Shown here piece by piece: positions 1 through 7,690 of a DNA stretch of 22,785 nucleotides (the stretch's first letter is position 1; the number at the start of each line of letters is the position of its first letter). This DNA comes from Crinalium sp. (GTDB lineage Bacteria; Cyanobacteriota; Cyanobacteriia; Cyanobacteriales; PCC-9333). The stretch is taken from NCBI GenBank assembly GCA_049646245.1, contig JBARVL010000638.1, positions 1-22,785 of the forward strand, read 5' to 3'. The position numbers were made by a program, and so were the translations under genes. The notes beneath the pieces were generated by a model. That model saw only the letters and a list, made by a program, of their open reading frames with translations. It made no database searches and was not told the DNA's origin.

Positions 1-5
1 TTGAC

Positions 6-410
6 ATGGGCGCTTCAGGACGTGGCGCTGTCATGGTTCGTGAAGATCCAGCAACGGGAAAAACAACGTATTCACAACTCGATCCGGCTGAGACTGTAGC
101 AGTTGGTTTAGTAAGATTACTAATCATTGAAGCGAGCCAACGTAATAATTTTCAAACTTTCAATCTGCCTGAAATTGCCGTTGCAATTAGAGGTCATCAA
201 GGCATTTTAAGAGACGCGCAAGCAAATTTGTTAGGCGCTCAAGGTTGGGTAGACGTAGCAAATCAACTAAGAAATTACGATTTGTACGGACAAAAAATTA
301 TCCCAAATCTTAACTCCGATTCCAGTACACCGACACCCCCAATATCAACCCCGAAAAAAGAAGAGGGGAAGAAGGGGACAAGGAGACTTGGGGACAAGGG
401 GAATAATTAA
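6..410 (+). CDS. Hypothetical protein, possibly the 3' part of a gene starting left of the window
   Basis: The frame stays open to the window edge, with no in-frame stop between nt 3 and 410. I recognise no family motif. The last ~15 codons (GKKGTRRLGDKGNN) are encoded by the G-rich repeat at 374-402. The stop lies 2 nt before the next ATG (413), suggesting co-transcription. Confidence 0.4.
   Translation: MGASGRGAVMVREDPATGKTTYSQLDPAETVAVGLVRLLIIEASQRNNFQTFNLPEIAVAIRGHQGILRDAQANLLGAQGWVDVANQLRNYDLYGQKIIPNLNSDSSTPTPPISTPKKEEGKKGTRRLGDKGNN
374..402. repeat. G-rich repeat copy (GGGGACAAGG..GACTTGGGGACAAGGGGA)
   Basis: The string gacttggggacaagggga recurs exactly, in inverted orientation, within 2341-2374. 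Related GGGGACAAGGGGACAAAGGGA occurs at 2218-2256. Confidence 0.55.
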
Positions 411-412
411 AA

Positions 413-1423
413 ATGCAACTAACAACCATAGCGAAATTGGCGATCGCACCCGTATCTTTAATTAGTGGTTTAGGACTATTAGGGGCAAGTTTTACTACTA
501 CTCAAATCACACAAACAGTCACGCCTTATAGTTCTGAGCAAGTTATTGTTAACCAACCCCTAGCAGAACCAGCTAAATCATTATTAATGTTTGGTGGTAG
601 TGCGATCGCAGTTTTGGGGACTGCCGGAGGCATATTTGCAGGTATTGAAGATTTAAAACGAAAAAATGGCATTCAGCAAACCAACTTTACTCAAACCAAT
701 TCATACCCACAGCTTCCTTTTGCCCCTACACCCGCACTCCCACTCAACCCGCAACCAGGACAGAATTTAAGACGTGAGCCTGCACAACAACCACAACAAC
801 CTGGACTTGGTTTTCAAAGGCAGCCCGCACAAGTTCCACCCCGCAATCCTGCAAATCAACAACTTCAAAGGCAAGTTCCACCCAATCAACAGCGACAAGC
901 ACCGCCACCAGCAGAACGTTTACCGATACGCTATCCAAAACCGTCTTCTTCAGACTCAACTGCTTCTAACAACTCTAGTAATCCTCCTGTACCTCAACCT
1001 ACTCAATTCCTAGATAGGTTTGATGAGATACGGAAGATCCTACTGAATATACCCACCTTGCTAATTTATGGCGGGATGGGAAGTGGCAAAACCAGCAAAG
1101 GCAAAGGAGGTTGGCTGGACGATGAGGATAAAGAAGCAACCCGCAAACTAACAATTCCTACAGGGATGGTTCCACCAAATAAGCAGGTAACTCCTAACGG
1201 TCAAACTTGGTACGACTTCCGCCCGCTATTACCAGAGGAACCAGAAAGTGCAGAAAGTGACGACGACATTATTAATAACGAACTGAGAAATGATGGTGAT
1301 GAACTATTGACCCGCGAAAATACAACTGATTTAGAAACCAAGTTTGCCGAGTTTGTCAACAAGAACAATTTGAGTCTAGAAAATTTCCCACCTCCCGACG
1401 AATGGGACGAAGAAGAACCGTAA
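413..1423 (+). CDS. Pro/Gln-rich membrane protein with an isolated Walker A (P-loop) motif
   Basis: There are two N-terminal hydrophobic helices (IAPVSLISGLGLLGASF; LLMFGGSAIAVLGTAGGIFAGI). A long PQ-rich low-complexity linker follows. Then comes LLIYGGMGSGKTS (GxxxxGKT, nt 1070-1093). Only ~110 acidic residues follow it, and I see no Walker B. Confidence 0.6.
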   Translation: MQLTTIAKLAIAPVSLISGLGLLGASFTTTQITQTVTPYSSEQVIVNQPLAEPAKSLLMFGGSAIAVLGTAGGIFAGIEDLKRKNGIQQTNFTQTNSYPQLPFAPTPALPLNPQPGQNLRREPAQQPQQPGLGFQRQPAQVPPRNPANQQLQRQVPPNQQRQAPPPAERLPIRYPKPSSSDSTASNNSSNPPVPQPTQFLDRFDEIRKILLNIPTLLIYGGMGSGKTSKGKGGWLDDEDKEATRKLTIPTGMVPPNKQVTPNGQTWYDFRPLLPEEPESAESDDDIINNELRNDGDELLTRENTTDLETKFAEFVNKNNLSLENFPPPDEWDEEEP

Positions 1424-1426
1424 TAG

Positions 1427-1495
1427 GCGCGAATGGATACAAACTGATGGCAACGCGAGCGCCAGTTTGTGTAGGTTCGATACCTACCCGCGTCA
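1427..1495 (+). ncRNA. tRNA-like element (acceptor-like and T-arm-like helices), non-canonical; possible tRNA-derived remnant
   Basis: gtagg-TTCGATA-cctac (1471-1487) matches the conserved tRNA T-arm (GTTCGAnnC). ggcgcga (1427-1433) pairs 6/7 with ccgcgtc (1488-1494). The interior instead forms an 8-bp helix, acaaactg/cagtttgt (1439-1446/1463-1470), and no canonical D or anticodon arm can be drawn. A further 7-bp hairpin tgcaact/agttgca lies at 1497-1518. Confidence 0.25.
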
Positions 1496-1604
1496 TTGCA
1501 ACTTGACCACGAGTTGCATCAACACCAACTTACTTATCTTTTTCCATTTGTCATTTGTGGTCGAATGGCAGTTTCAACCAATAGTTATTAAGGAATAAAT
1601 AAAG

Positions 1605-2213
1605 ATGGATTCAAGTTTAGTTCCTACTCAACGGGTACGCAATCCAGATCAAGATTTTGGCGGACAAGAAGACTACATTGATATCCAATTCCACCGAGTT
1701 CCAAATAACAGCCATGAGCAAGCTGTACGCCGAGCGCAGCAGGAATTACACCAAGCAAAGCAACGGCTAAGAAAGATGGAACGGAACATCGGCCCTGCAA
1801 TGCAATCTGGATCTTGTGCCGCTATAGACGTTGCAGGTCAATTTGTTCATAATTCTAAGCCCTGGCGTTTAGCGCAAGTCATCGGATTTTGGTCAATGCT
1901 GATCGGTCTATGCACGATCGGTGGTTGGGCGTGGAATGCAGCAGTTGGGGGTACTGCGGCTGCGGGTAATTCTGCTGCTTTACCAGCAAACGCGCCTACA
2001 GCTATGAGACTCGGCCACGGCGTTGTCAACGTTGGTAAACCTGTTGTTGGTGCAGTGTTTGCTGGCGCTAGTCAAAGTGTCGATCGCGGTGTACGAGTCC
2101 AACTAACAGGCAGTGCAGAACAAGTGCGAAATGTAGCCGTACCAACTAATGTGACTCCTTCCAGCAGCACCTACGTCCCTGTTGTACCAATCGCCAATTA
2201 CCCAGGACAGTAA
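1605..2213 (+). CDS. Hypothetical membrane protein
   Basis: This is a 202-aa ORF with an AG-rich stretch (aggaataaataaag) just upstream that could serve as a weak ribosome-binding site. It has a central hydrophobic segment (VIGFWSMLIGLCTIGGWAW) and a Gly/Ala/Val-rich C-terminal half. No family motif is recognised. It sits in the relatively GC-rich left end of the window. Confidence 0.5.
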   Translation: MDSSLVPTQRVRNPDQDFGGQEDYIDIQFHRVPNNSHEQAVRRAQQELHQAKQRLRKMERNIGPAMQSGSCAAIDVAGQFVHNSKPWRLAQVIGFWSMLIGLCTIGGWAWNAAVGGTAAAGNSAALPANAPTAMRLGHGVVNVGKPVVGAVFAGASQSVDRGVRVQLTGSAEQVRNVAVPTNVTPSSSTYVPVVPIANYPGQ

Positions 2214-2217
2214 TTGA

Positions 2218-2374
2218 GACAAGGGGAGGGGGGGACAAGGGGACAAAGGGAGAAGAACATCCTCAATTATTCGCATCCTCACAAATAGTACGACATTTGA
2301 AAAATCCGAGATATAGATATGTTCGTACTTTCTTAAAATCCCCCCTTCCCCTTGTCCCCAAGTCCCCCTATCCC
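2218..2374. repeat. ~157-bp imperfect palindromic element with G-rich/C-rich arms (MITE-like or large stem-loop)
   Basis: The left arm is gacaaggggaggggggggacaaggggacaaagggag (2218-2256). The right arm is cccccttccccttgtccccaagtccccctatccc (2341-2374), its approximate reverse complement. A nested inverted repeat agtacgacat / atgttcgtact lies at 2287-2296 / 2320-2330. The element fills the intergenic gap between 1605..2213 and 2383..2733. Confidence 0.6.
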
Positions 2375-2382
2375 ATCAACCT

Positions 2383-2733
2383 ATGCGAGTCATCATCTTT
2401 CCTAAAAGGTCAATCCTAATCACAACCGCCATCGGAAGTTTATTAATTTTAGACTTGACCAAACCTGGCTATCGCTCCTTTGCATTAGTCCCTGAATTGA
2501 AACCCCAAGTATTAGATGTTGTAACAGACTTTTCAAAAACTGCAACAAAGTTTAGCTCTTATGCAACTAATTCCTTAATCGCTACACCTAACTCCAATTC
2601 AGTCCCAAAAGCTAAATCTCAAATTAAATCTCAAATTAAAGAACTCAAACCTTGTGCCACTCTCCTCGAAGGCTACAAGAAGAATTCCAAAGGTGAACCA
2701 GTATGCAGGGGTATCGCTCAATCGACTTATTAG
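2383..2733 (+). CDS. Hypothetical small membrane-anchored protein
   Basis: This 116-aa ORF has an N-terminal hydrophobic helix (ILITTAIGSLLILDL). It contains a 12-bp tandem duplication encoding KSQIKSQIK (2614-2640). It overlaps the next ORF by 31 nt. Confidence 0.4.
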   Translation: MRVIIFPKRSILITTAIGSLLILDLTKPGYRSFALVPELKPQVLDVVTDFSKTATKFSSYATNSLIATPNSNSVPKAKSQIKSQIKELKPCATLLEGYKKNSKGEPVCRGIAQSTY

Positions 2734-5057
2734 CTGAATTACCGTTAGAGGTTCAGTACCAAGAACTCAAAGAACGAGAAAAGTACGAAGAACAGAAGCA
2801 GCTAGAACAAGAACTTAACCAACAAAAATATAATAATGCAATCGCACGGGGTCGTTTTCTATTATTCCTATTAAATCTAGGGATGATTGCGGTAATCGCA
2901 CTTCCGACTGCTAATCAATGGGCTACAAAAGTTACTGGTTTAGCTGACGTTATCCCAGAAGTACTGCAATCAATTCCCTCAATTCCAGAACTTTTTGAGC
3001 GTACTGAAAGGAATAGTCCAAAAAGTCAAAAATTAGCCAGTGCAGTTATTAACTACGCTCAACAGAAAAATTGGGTAATTCGGACTGGAGCCAGAAAGTA
3101 TAACATTTTCTATGTGCGCGGGATGAATCCTGACGGCACACTTAATGACAACAAGGTTAATGAATTTAACGATCTAAGAGTTGTTATTGAGATTGTTAAT
3201 AATACTCCCCGTATTGTTGGGTTGTGGGAAGGTACTGATGCCCCAGGTCTTCATTACATCAACAATCCCATGAATCCGAATGGGACAGCAACAATTGTCG
3301 CTGGACGACAATATCGCGCCTGGAAAATGGGATTTCATAAGGGCAATCCCAACCATCCAGCATTAATTCAAACAGGTGGAACCGTAACTGTTACAAGAAA
3401 TGGCGTTCCTTACGCTGGATACTTTGGCATCAATCAACACGGCGGCTATGACTACCCAAGAAATGACATTAAAGATGCTAGTGCAGCTTGTTTACTCGGT
3501 AGAACTCGCAAAGGACACAGTAAATTTATTGACTTGATGAACAAAGATACTGACTATGTGAGCGATCGCAACTATACCTTTTACTCCGGGATTATTTTAG
3601 GTGTAGCTGGGTGCGTATTTGTTAGTCGCAAACAACAATCGTTACAGTTTCAAGTAGCACAACCAATTAACGAAAAGTTTACCTCCAACAATAATGATGT
3701 CCACTGGGATTACTTGAGTGCTGGTATTTTAGTGGGTGCGATCGCATTCGCTGTTAGTGAACCTGTAAAAAATCAAGTAGTTAAACGAATAGCTATAGCT
3801 ACTACCAAAGTTCCTATAAATATTGAGCAACTTTTTGACAATAGTAAATCTGTTGGTAATGTTGCCATCTGTACTGCCGAGGGCAATTGTTTACCTGATG
3901 GTTCAGGAAATCATAGCAATTTGTACTTGCAAGGCGGTCACTTTGATCCGGCTAATAGAGTTTTCAACAGAGGTTTCTGTTCTGACCAGGGGCGCGGTAG
4001 GGACATGAATGATGCCGATATTAAGTGCGTTGAGCGAAACAAAAGTCGTTTAGACACAATCACTCAGCGCATGGCAGCAGAAGGAACACCACCACCGCAA
4101 CATATTAGCGCATTCATCAATGCTACTGACCTGTGGAACCAGGCTAGTCCAAGAGTTAGCGATAAATTTCCATCCAAATATAGTCAAGCTCTAAAGCAGG
4201 GAATGTCAGAGTTAGACGCGATCAAGTGGGCGAGAGTTGAAGCTTTCCGTAACTGGCGCGGTCAACTTGATGCTAGTGGATTGAGAAGAGTTTGTAGTAG
4301 CAAATGGTCATTTTCTCTCCAACAACAAGTTGGGTTAGTTGGTTTAGATAGCAACTCTGAAGAATATATGAAACGCTGCATTGGTTATGACCAATCAAGG
4401 CGGGCTAATGCGATCGCTATTACTCTCAAAAACTATGGCAAATCTGCTGGTATTAACCAAGTTGAGAATCCCCAACAATTAAGCAGTATTAAATCTGCCA
4501 ATACCAAAGCTAAAAATTCTCATCCTCAGTTGAGCGACATTCAATCTGTCAATAAAGATATCGTCCTTGATATGCGCTATGCCACCACCAACAACTTTAT
4601 AGGCAGGCAAGTTTACCCAAAAGCTAAATGTTTACTACAATCAACAGTTGCTAAAAAACTATCGAATGTTCAGCAAGATTTAGCACAGCTTGGACTGGGT
4701 TTAAAAGTGTATGACTGCTACAGACCATTATCAATCCAAAAAGTGATGTGGAAGCTAGTACCTGACGAGCGTTATGTTGCTAATCCTGCGACTGGCTCTA
4801 AGCATAATCGTGGTGCAGCAGTAGATTTGACACTGATTGATAGTAACGGCAAAGAATTAGAAATGCCAAGTGCTTTTGACGACTTTACAGAAAAAGCCCA
4901 CCGAAATTACACAGGGAGCAGTATTGAAGCCAAGAAGAATTCCTTACTACTTGAAACTGTAATGAAAAAACGCGGGTTTAAAAGCATAGCTACAGAATGG
5001 TGGCACTTTGAGTCACCTGATTGGAAGAAGTTTCCTGTAATGAATGTACAACTGTAA
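2703..5057 (+). CDS. Membrane-anchored multidomain cell-wall hydrolase with C-terminal M15 D-Ala-D-Ala dipeptidase (VanX/DdpX-type) domain
   Basis: The C-terminal ~165 aa (about nt 4560-5054) carry the DdpX/VanX signature MRYATTNNFIGRQVY, YDCYRP and SKHNRGAAVDLTL (His/Asp zinc ligands). They also carry MPSAFDDFTEKAH and EWWHFE (catalytic Glu plus His ligand). The N-terminus has a coiled-coil-like segment and a TM helix (FLLFLLNLGMIAVIAL), and there is a second hydrophobic segment near aa 300-350. The middle ~500 aa contain Cys-rich segments that I cannot assign. The exact start is uncertain. Confidence 0.85.
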   Translation: MQGYRSIDLLAELPLEVQYQELKEREKYEEQKQLEQELNQQKYNNAIARGRFLLFLLNLGMIAVIALPTANQWATKVTGLADVIPEVLQSIPSIPELFERTERNSPKSQKLASAVINYAQQKNWVIRTGARKYNIFYVRGMNPDGTLNDNKVNEFNDLRVVIEIVNNTPRIVGLWEGTDAPGLHYINNPMNPNGTATIVAGRQYRAWKMGFHKGNPNHPALIQTGGTVTVTRNGVPYAGYFGINQHGGYDYPRNDIKDASAACLLGRTRKGHSKFIDLMNKDTDYVSDRNYTFYSGIILGVAGCVFVSRKQQSLQFQVAQPINEKFTSNNNDVHWDYLSAGILVGAIAFAVSEPVKNQVVKRIAIATTKVPINIEQLFDNSKSVGNVAICTAEGNCLPDGSGNHSNLYLQGGHFDPANRVFNRGFCSDQGRGRDMNDADIKCVERNKSRLDTITQRMAAEGTPPPQHISAFINATDLWNQASPRVSDKFPSKYSQALKQGMSELDAIKWARVEAFRNWRGQLDASGLRRVCSSKWSFSLQQQVGLVGLDSNSEEYMKRCIGYDQSRRANAIAITLKNYGKSAGINQVENPQQLSSIKSANTKAKNSHPQLSDIQSVNKDIVLDMRYATTNNFIGRQVYPKAKCLLQSTVAKKLSNVQQDLAQLGLGLKVYDCYRPLSIQKVMWKLVPDERYVANPATGSKHNRGAAVDLTLIDSNGKELEMPSAFDDFTEKAHRNYTGSSIEAKKNSLLLETVMKKRGFKSIATEWWHFESPDWKKFPVMNVQL

Positions 5058-5091
5058 AGTTACAAGTTTAGCAATAAATATTAAGGAAAAA

Positions 5092-5289
5092 ATGAAAATT
5101 CAGACTGTCCTATTACTATCAAGCTTACTACTAACAAGCTGTACTGTCACTGCTCAACAAACGGGCGATAAAGATTGGGCTGTTTCCGTCAAACCAGATG
5201 GTACAGGCGTTAACATTCAACCCACTAAACCAGAGACAACGCCTAATACTACAACTTCAGTTACACCTAATTCTTCTAGCTATTCCTAG
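5092..5289 (+). CDS. Small lipoprotein
   Basis: MKIQTVLLLSSLLLTSC has a signal peptide with a lipobox (LTSC). An SD-like aagga lies 7 nt upstream of ATG 5092. The mature part is Thr/Pro/Ser-rich. I prefer this start over the track start at 5044, which overlaps the upstream gene. Confidence 0.55.
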   Translation: MKIQTVLLLSSLLLTSCTVTAQQTGDKDWAVSVKPDGTGVNIQPTKPETTPNTTTSVTPNSSSYS

Positions 5290-5545
5290 TTGTAAGATTC
5301 AATCATTTTTAATTACAGGAATACCAAGAGCAAATTTAATAATTGACGGTGATGGTGCTGGAGTAGCAATTATTAAAGGTGAACTGACAAGTCAGCGCTG
5401 GCGCTATCGCCTATTAACGCAAAGTTCTAAAGCGACTGAAGGAATAGCTACCTTGACACAGATGAAAAAAGGACAGTATAAAGTAGAAATTGTTTCTAGA
5501 GAAGATAAGTTTTTTACTGTTACATTTGAAATAACAAAAGAGTAA
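5198..5545 (+). CDS. Hypothetical protein, overlapping the lipoprotein ORF in the +1 frame
   Basis: This is a 115-aa ORF. Its N-terminal part (RQRLILQLQLHLILLAIPSC) loosely resembles a second signal/lipobox. The C-terminal 80 aa (GDGAGVAIIKGELTSQRWRYRL...KVEIVSREDKFFTVTFEITKE) look like a real beta-rich domain. The true start, or a frameshift relationship to 5092..5289, is unresolved. Confidence 0.35.
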   Translation: MVQALTFNPLNQRQRLILQLQLHLILLAIPSCKIQSFLITGIPRANLIIDGDGAGVAIIKGELTSQRWRYRLLTQSSKATEGIATLTQMKKGQYKVEIVSREDKFFTVTFEITKE

Positions 5546-5703
5546 AACAATGTCAAATTTTACAGAATTATATTCGCATTAACCAAAGGGAAAAACAACG
5601 TCAATTTCAGATTTTTTTAAAGTATATTTGAACCAGCCGAGTGTTAAAGAACGCCAGCATCAGAGCTTACAAAATTACATTCAAATCAACAAGGGATAAC
5701 ACA

Positions 5704-6456
5704 ATGTCAGACATACTAGGTAAAAACGGCAAACCGCTTACAGGTGCAGCTTTACAAAAAAGGTTGGCAAAAATTAAAAGGGATAATGCTACTAATCCTC
5801 CTTTGTTGGGGCATGAAATAATGGTTGAATATACTCCCTTTACCCAAAAAGAAAAGAAGGAAACAAAAACATTTAATTATCTTGAACCAGATGTAGAGTC
5901 TGAAATATTAGACCTAGACCCGCAAGTATTAGACATCAAGTTAATAACAGCTAAGATAATTACAGCACTCAAACAATCGGAGAATACTTTAAATAAAACA
6001 ACTGAATTCAGTCAGAAGCTTAAGGGACTACAGCTACAACTTAAAGAACGTCAAGGGCTAAAAGATTATCGGGAAGCAATTGGAATTGGCAATCAAGCAG
6101 AATTAAATCAAATTGCCGAAAAGTCTCACGAATCCAGTAACTTTTCAGTTCCCTTAAAAGATTTGAACGAATTAGTAACAGGTGTAGATGACCTGATTGA
6201 CTTAGTTACTGATCAAGACTTAAGAATCGGAAAAATAGAACAGCAAATAAACCAAAATAAAAGCTTTGCCAAGACTGCGAAAAACCTAGCAGACGTATTG
6301 CTAATTGGTAGCTTTGGCGGTGCAATTATAGGGCTATGCCTTGGAATTATGTACCCAGATCAATTGAAAATTGGAACTACATTTGGATTTGTGGGCGGCG
6401 CTAGTTTAGCTTTGCTCAACAAACTTAATCCTGTTAAAGAAAATCAAAATAGCTGA
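5704..6456 (+). CDS. Coiled-coil protein with C-terminal double transmembrane anchor
   Basis: ATG 5704 (MSDILGK...) is preceded by SD-like aaggga, and the track's GTG start at 5641 is less likely. The central heptad-like region runs QKLKGLQLQLKERQGLKDYRE...RIGKIEQQINQNK. The C-terminal hydrophobic helices are VLLIGSFGGAIIGLCLGIM and TTFGFVGGASLALL. Confidence 0.55.
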   Translation: MSDILGKNGKPLTGAALQKRLAKIKRDNATNPPLLGHEIMVEYTPFTQKEKKETKTFNYLEPDVESEILDLDPQVLDIKLITAKIITALKQSENTLNKTTEFSQKLKGLQLQLKERQGLKDYREAIGIGNQAELNQIAEKSHESSNFSVPLKDLNELVTGVDDLIDLVTDQDLRIGKIEQQINQNKSFAKTAKNLADVLLIGSFGGAIIGLCLGIMYPDQLKIGTTFGFVGGASLALLNKLNPVKENQNS

Positions 6457-6543
6457 AAAAAGTATGGGATTATTTTAATTGTTGAATAGTCCCATAATTT
6501 TTAGCAGATAAATTAGTACTTCATAACCATAAAAATTGCAACA

Positions 6544-7002
6544 GTGACAACCCAACTAACGTTTTGGCTACCTGGAAAGTGTTCTCCTAAAGTACGTCCC
6601 CGCGCCAGTGTTATTAACCAATCCCACAGCGTAAGTATTAAAAAAGCTAAAGCTCATGTTTACAACTGCCCGAGATACACAGCCTGGAAAAATTGGGCGA
6701 TAAGCAGCTTGTATCGACAGTTCCTCAACCAAAGTAAATCTAATCATCAACTACCTTTAGAACACATCGAAATCTTGATAGTGTTCATTGGCAAGCATCG
6801 TGGCGACGGCGAGAATATGGTAGGTGCAGTTCTAGATTCGGCAGTCCAAGCTAACATTATTACAGATGACTGTTTGAAAAATATTCCGAGGGGATGCTGG
6901 GAGCATCAAGAAGCAATTAACACAAAAATTACAGGAACTTTGGTGTTGATTCAACCAATTAAGCCAGCCTTGAAGAAGTTAAATCCAATTTGGGAGAAGT
7001 AG
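6544..7002 (+). CDS. RusA-like Holliday-junction resolvase (endodeoxyribonuclease RusA family), divergent
   Basis: The start is GTG. The N-terminal LPGKCSPKVRPR resembles the RusA 'P..K.RPR' motif. The core HRGDGENMVGAVLDSAVQANIITDDCL aligns by eye with E. coli RusA [27 protein letters not shown]. The acidic D.(D/E)N and DD motifs are retained, but the conserved Lys position is Gly. Size (152 aa) is appropriate. Confidence 0.5.
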   Translation: MTTQLTFWLPGKCSPKVRPRASVINQSHSVSIKKAKAHVYNCPRYTAWKNWAISSLYRQFLNQSKSNHQLPLEHIEILIVFIGKHRGDGENMVGAVLDSAVQANIITDDCLKNIPRGCWEHQEAINTKITGTLVLIQPIKPALKKLNPIWEK

Positions 7003-7303
7003 ATTCTTACACAGACTGAAGAACCTCCAGTGTTGCCCAAAAATAGTAGTCGTTCAAAAAATAATAGGCAAGTTAGCTAATTTTCAGTTATTGAAATATG
7101 GTAAATATTGCGATTGCTTTAGAGCATCAAAAAACAAGAAACAATTTGCACTAGATACTGCTCAAAATTTCAGAATTTATTCCACAGAGTAACTCAGTTT
7201 GTGCAATGTCTTCCCTTTGACAAGCTGATTGATGAAGAAGTAGTCAGGAGTCAGAATACTCTTTCTCCTGTCTCTTAGCTTCTGACTCACTACAAATTCA
7301 GAA

Positions 7304-7654
7304 TTACGTTGTTGTACTTACCTGGACTTTCAATTCCTCAGCTAAATGTTGCGCCAGAGCCCCAATGGTGGGGTAATCGTAGAGTACAGTAGGCTCAATC
7401 TCACATCCAAGCCACTCCTCTAGGTCACCACTCAGACCTACTGTTGCTGAGGAATCTAGACCGTAGCGATCGAAGGAAACCGTAACATCAATCTTATGTG
7501 AGTCAATTTCCAGTAGTTCTGCCAGATAGGAAACAAGCCACACTTGAATTTCTGTTGTCGTGGGCGACTCCTCTTGTATATCCTTTTTAGGATCGGCGTT
7601 GTTATTCCCAGAAATCGTAGGTATCTCGTTAACTTCAACATTCTGCTTTTCCAT
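7304..7654 (-). CDS. Acyl/peptidyl carrier protein (phosphopantetheine-binding)
   Basis: FDRYGLDSSATVGLSGDLEEWLG contains the GLDS(S) phosphopantetheine attachment motif in the usual four-helix context. I prefer ATG at 7654 because GGAGG (complement of 7663-7667) lies ~8 nt upstream. The track's GTG start at 7669 is possible. Confidence 0.85.
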   Translation of the reverse strand: MEKQNVEVNEIPTISGNNNADPKKDIQEESPTTTEIQVWLVSYLAELLEIDSHKIDVTVSFDRYGLDSSATVGLSGDLEEWLGCEIEPTVLYDYPTIGALAQHLAEELKVQVSTTT

Positions 7655-7690
7655 CGAGCGTGCCTCCACAGGTTTTACTAAGACGTTTTT

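Noticed and set aside
744-1013. Track ORFs 744..959 (-) and 774..1013 (+) inside the PQ-rich gene
   Set aside because: Both lie entirely within the low-complexity CAA/CCA-rich part of 413..1423. Their translations are low-complexity shadows (V/L runs, N/H runs), so they are not independent genes.
1427-1495. Annotating the tRNA-like element as a functional tRNA gene
   Set aside because: Only the T-arm and acceptor-like helix can be drawn. No D arm or 7-nt anticodon loop can be formed, and the length (69 nt) with its single long internal helix is non-canonical.
1847-2029. Antisense ORF 1847..2029 (-), and similar short shadow ORFs at 3174..3356 (-), 3823..4008 (+), 6568..6750 (-), 7456..7641 (-) and 14732..15007 (+)
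   Set aside because: Each is fully nested in a longer ORF that has recognisable motifs or better coding character. They are 60-91 aa with no motifs and are typical alternative-frame artefacts.
2614-2640. Tandem 12-bp duplication aaatctcaaatt x2 (KSQIKSQIK), and a check of the whole window for CRISPR-like or longer tandem arrays
   Set aside because: There are only two units, both inside a coding frame. I found no regularly spaced repeat array anywhere in the window.
2703-5057. Calling the VanX-type domain a vancomycin-resistance determinant
   Set aside because: No vanH, vanA or vanRS-like genes are nearby, and the domain is fused to a large membrane protein. A cell-wall remodelling role is more parsimonious.
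7248-7288. Inverted repeat gagtcagaa / ttctgactc just downstream of the carrier-protein stop, as a possible operon terminator
   Set aside because: The loop is long (23 nt), and no U-run follows it on the minus strand. This is too weak to annotate as a terminator.
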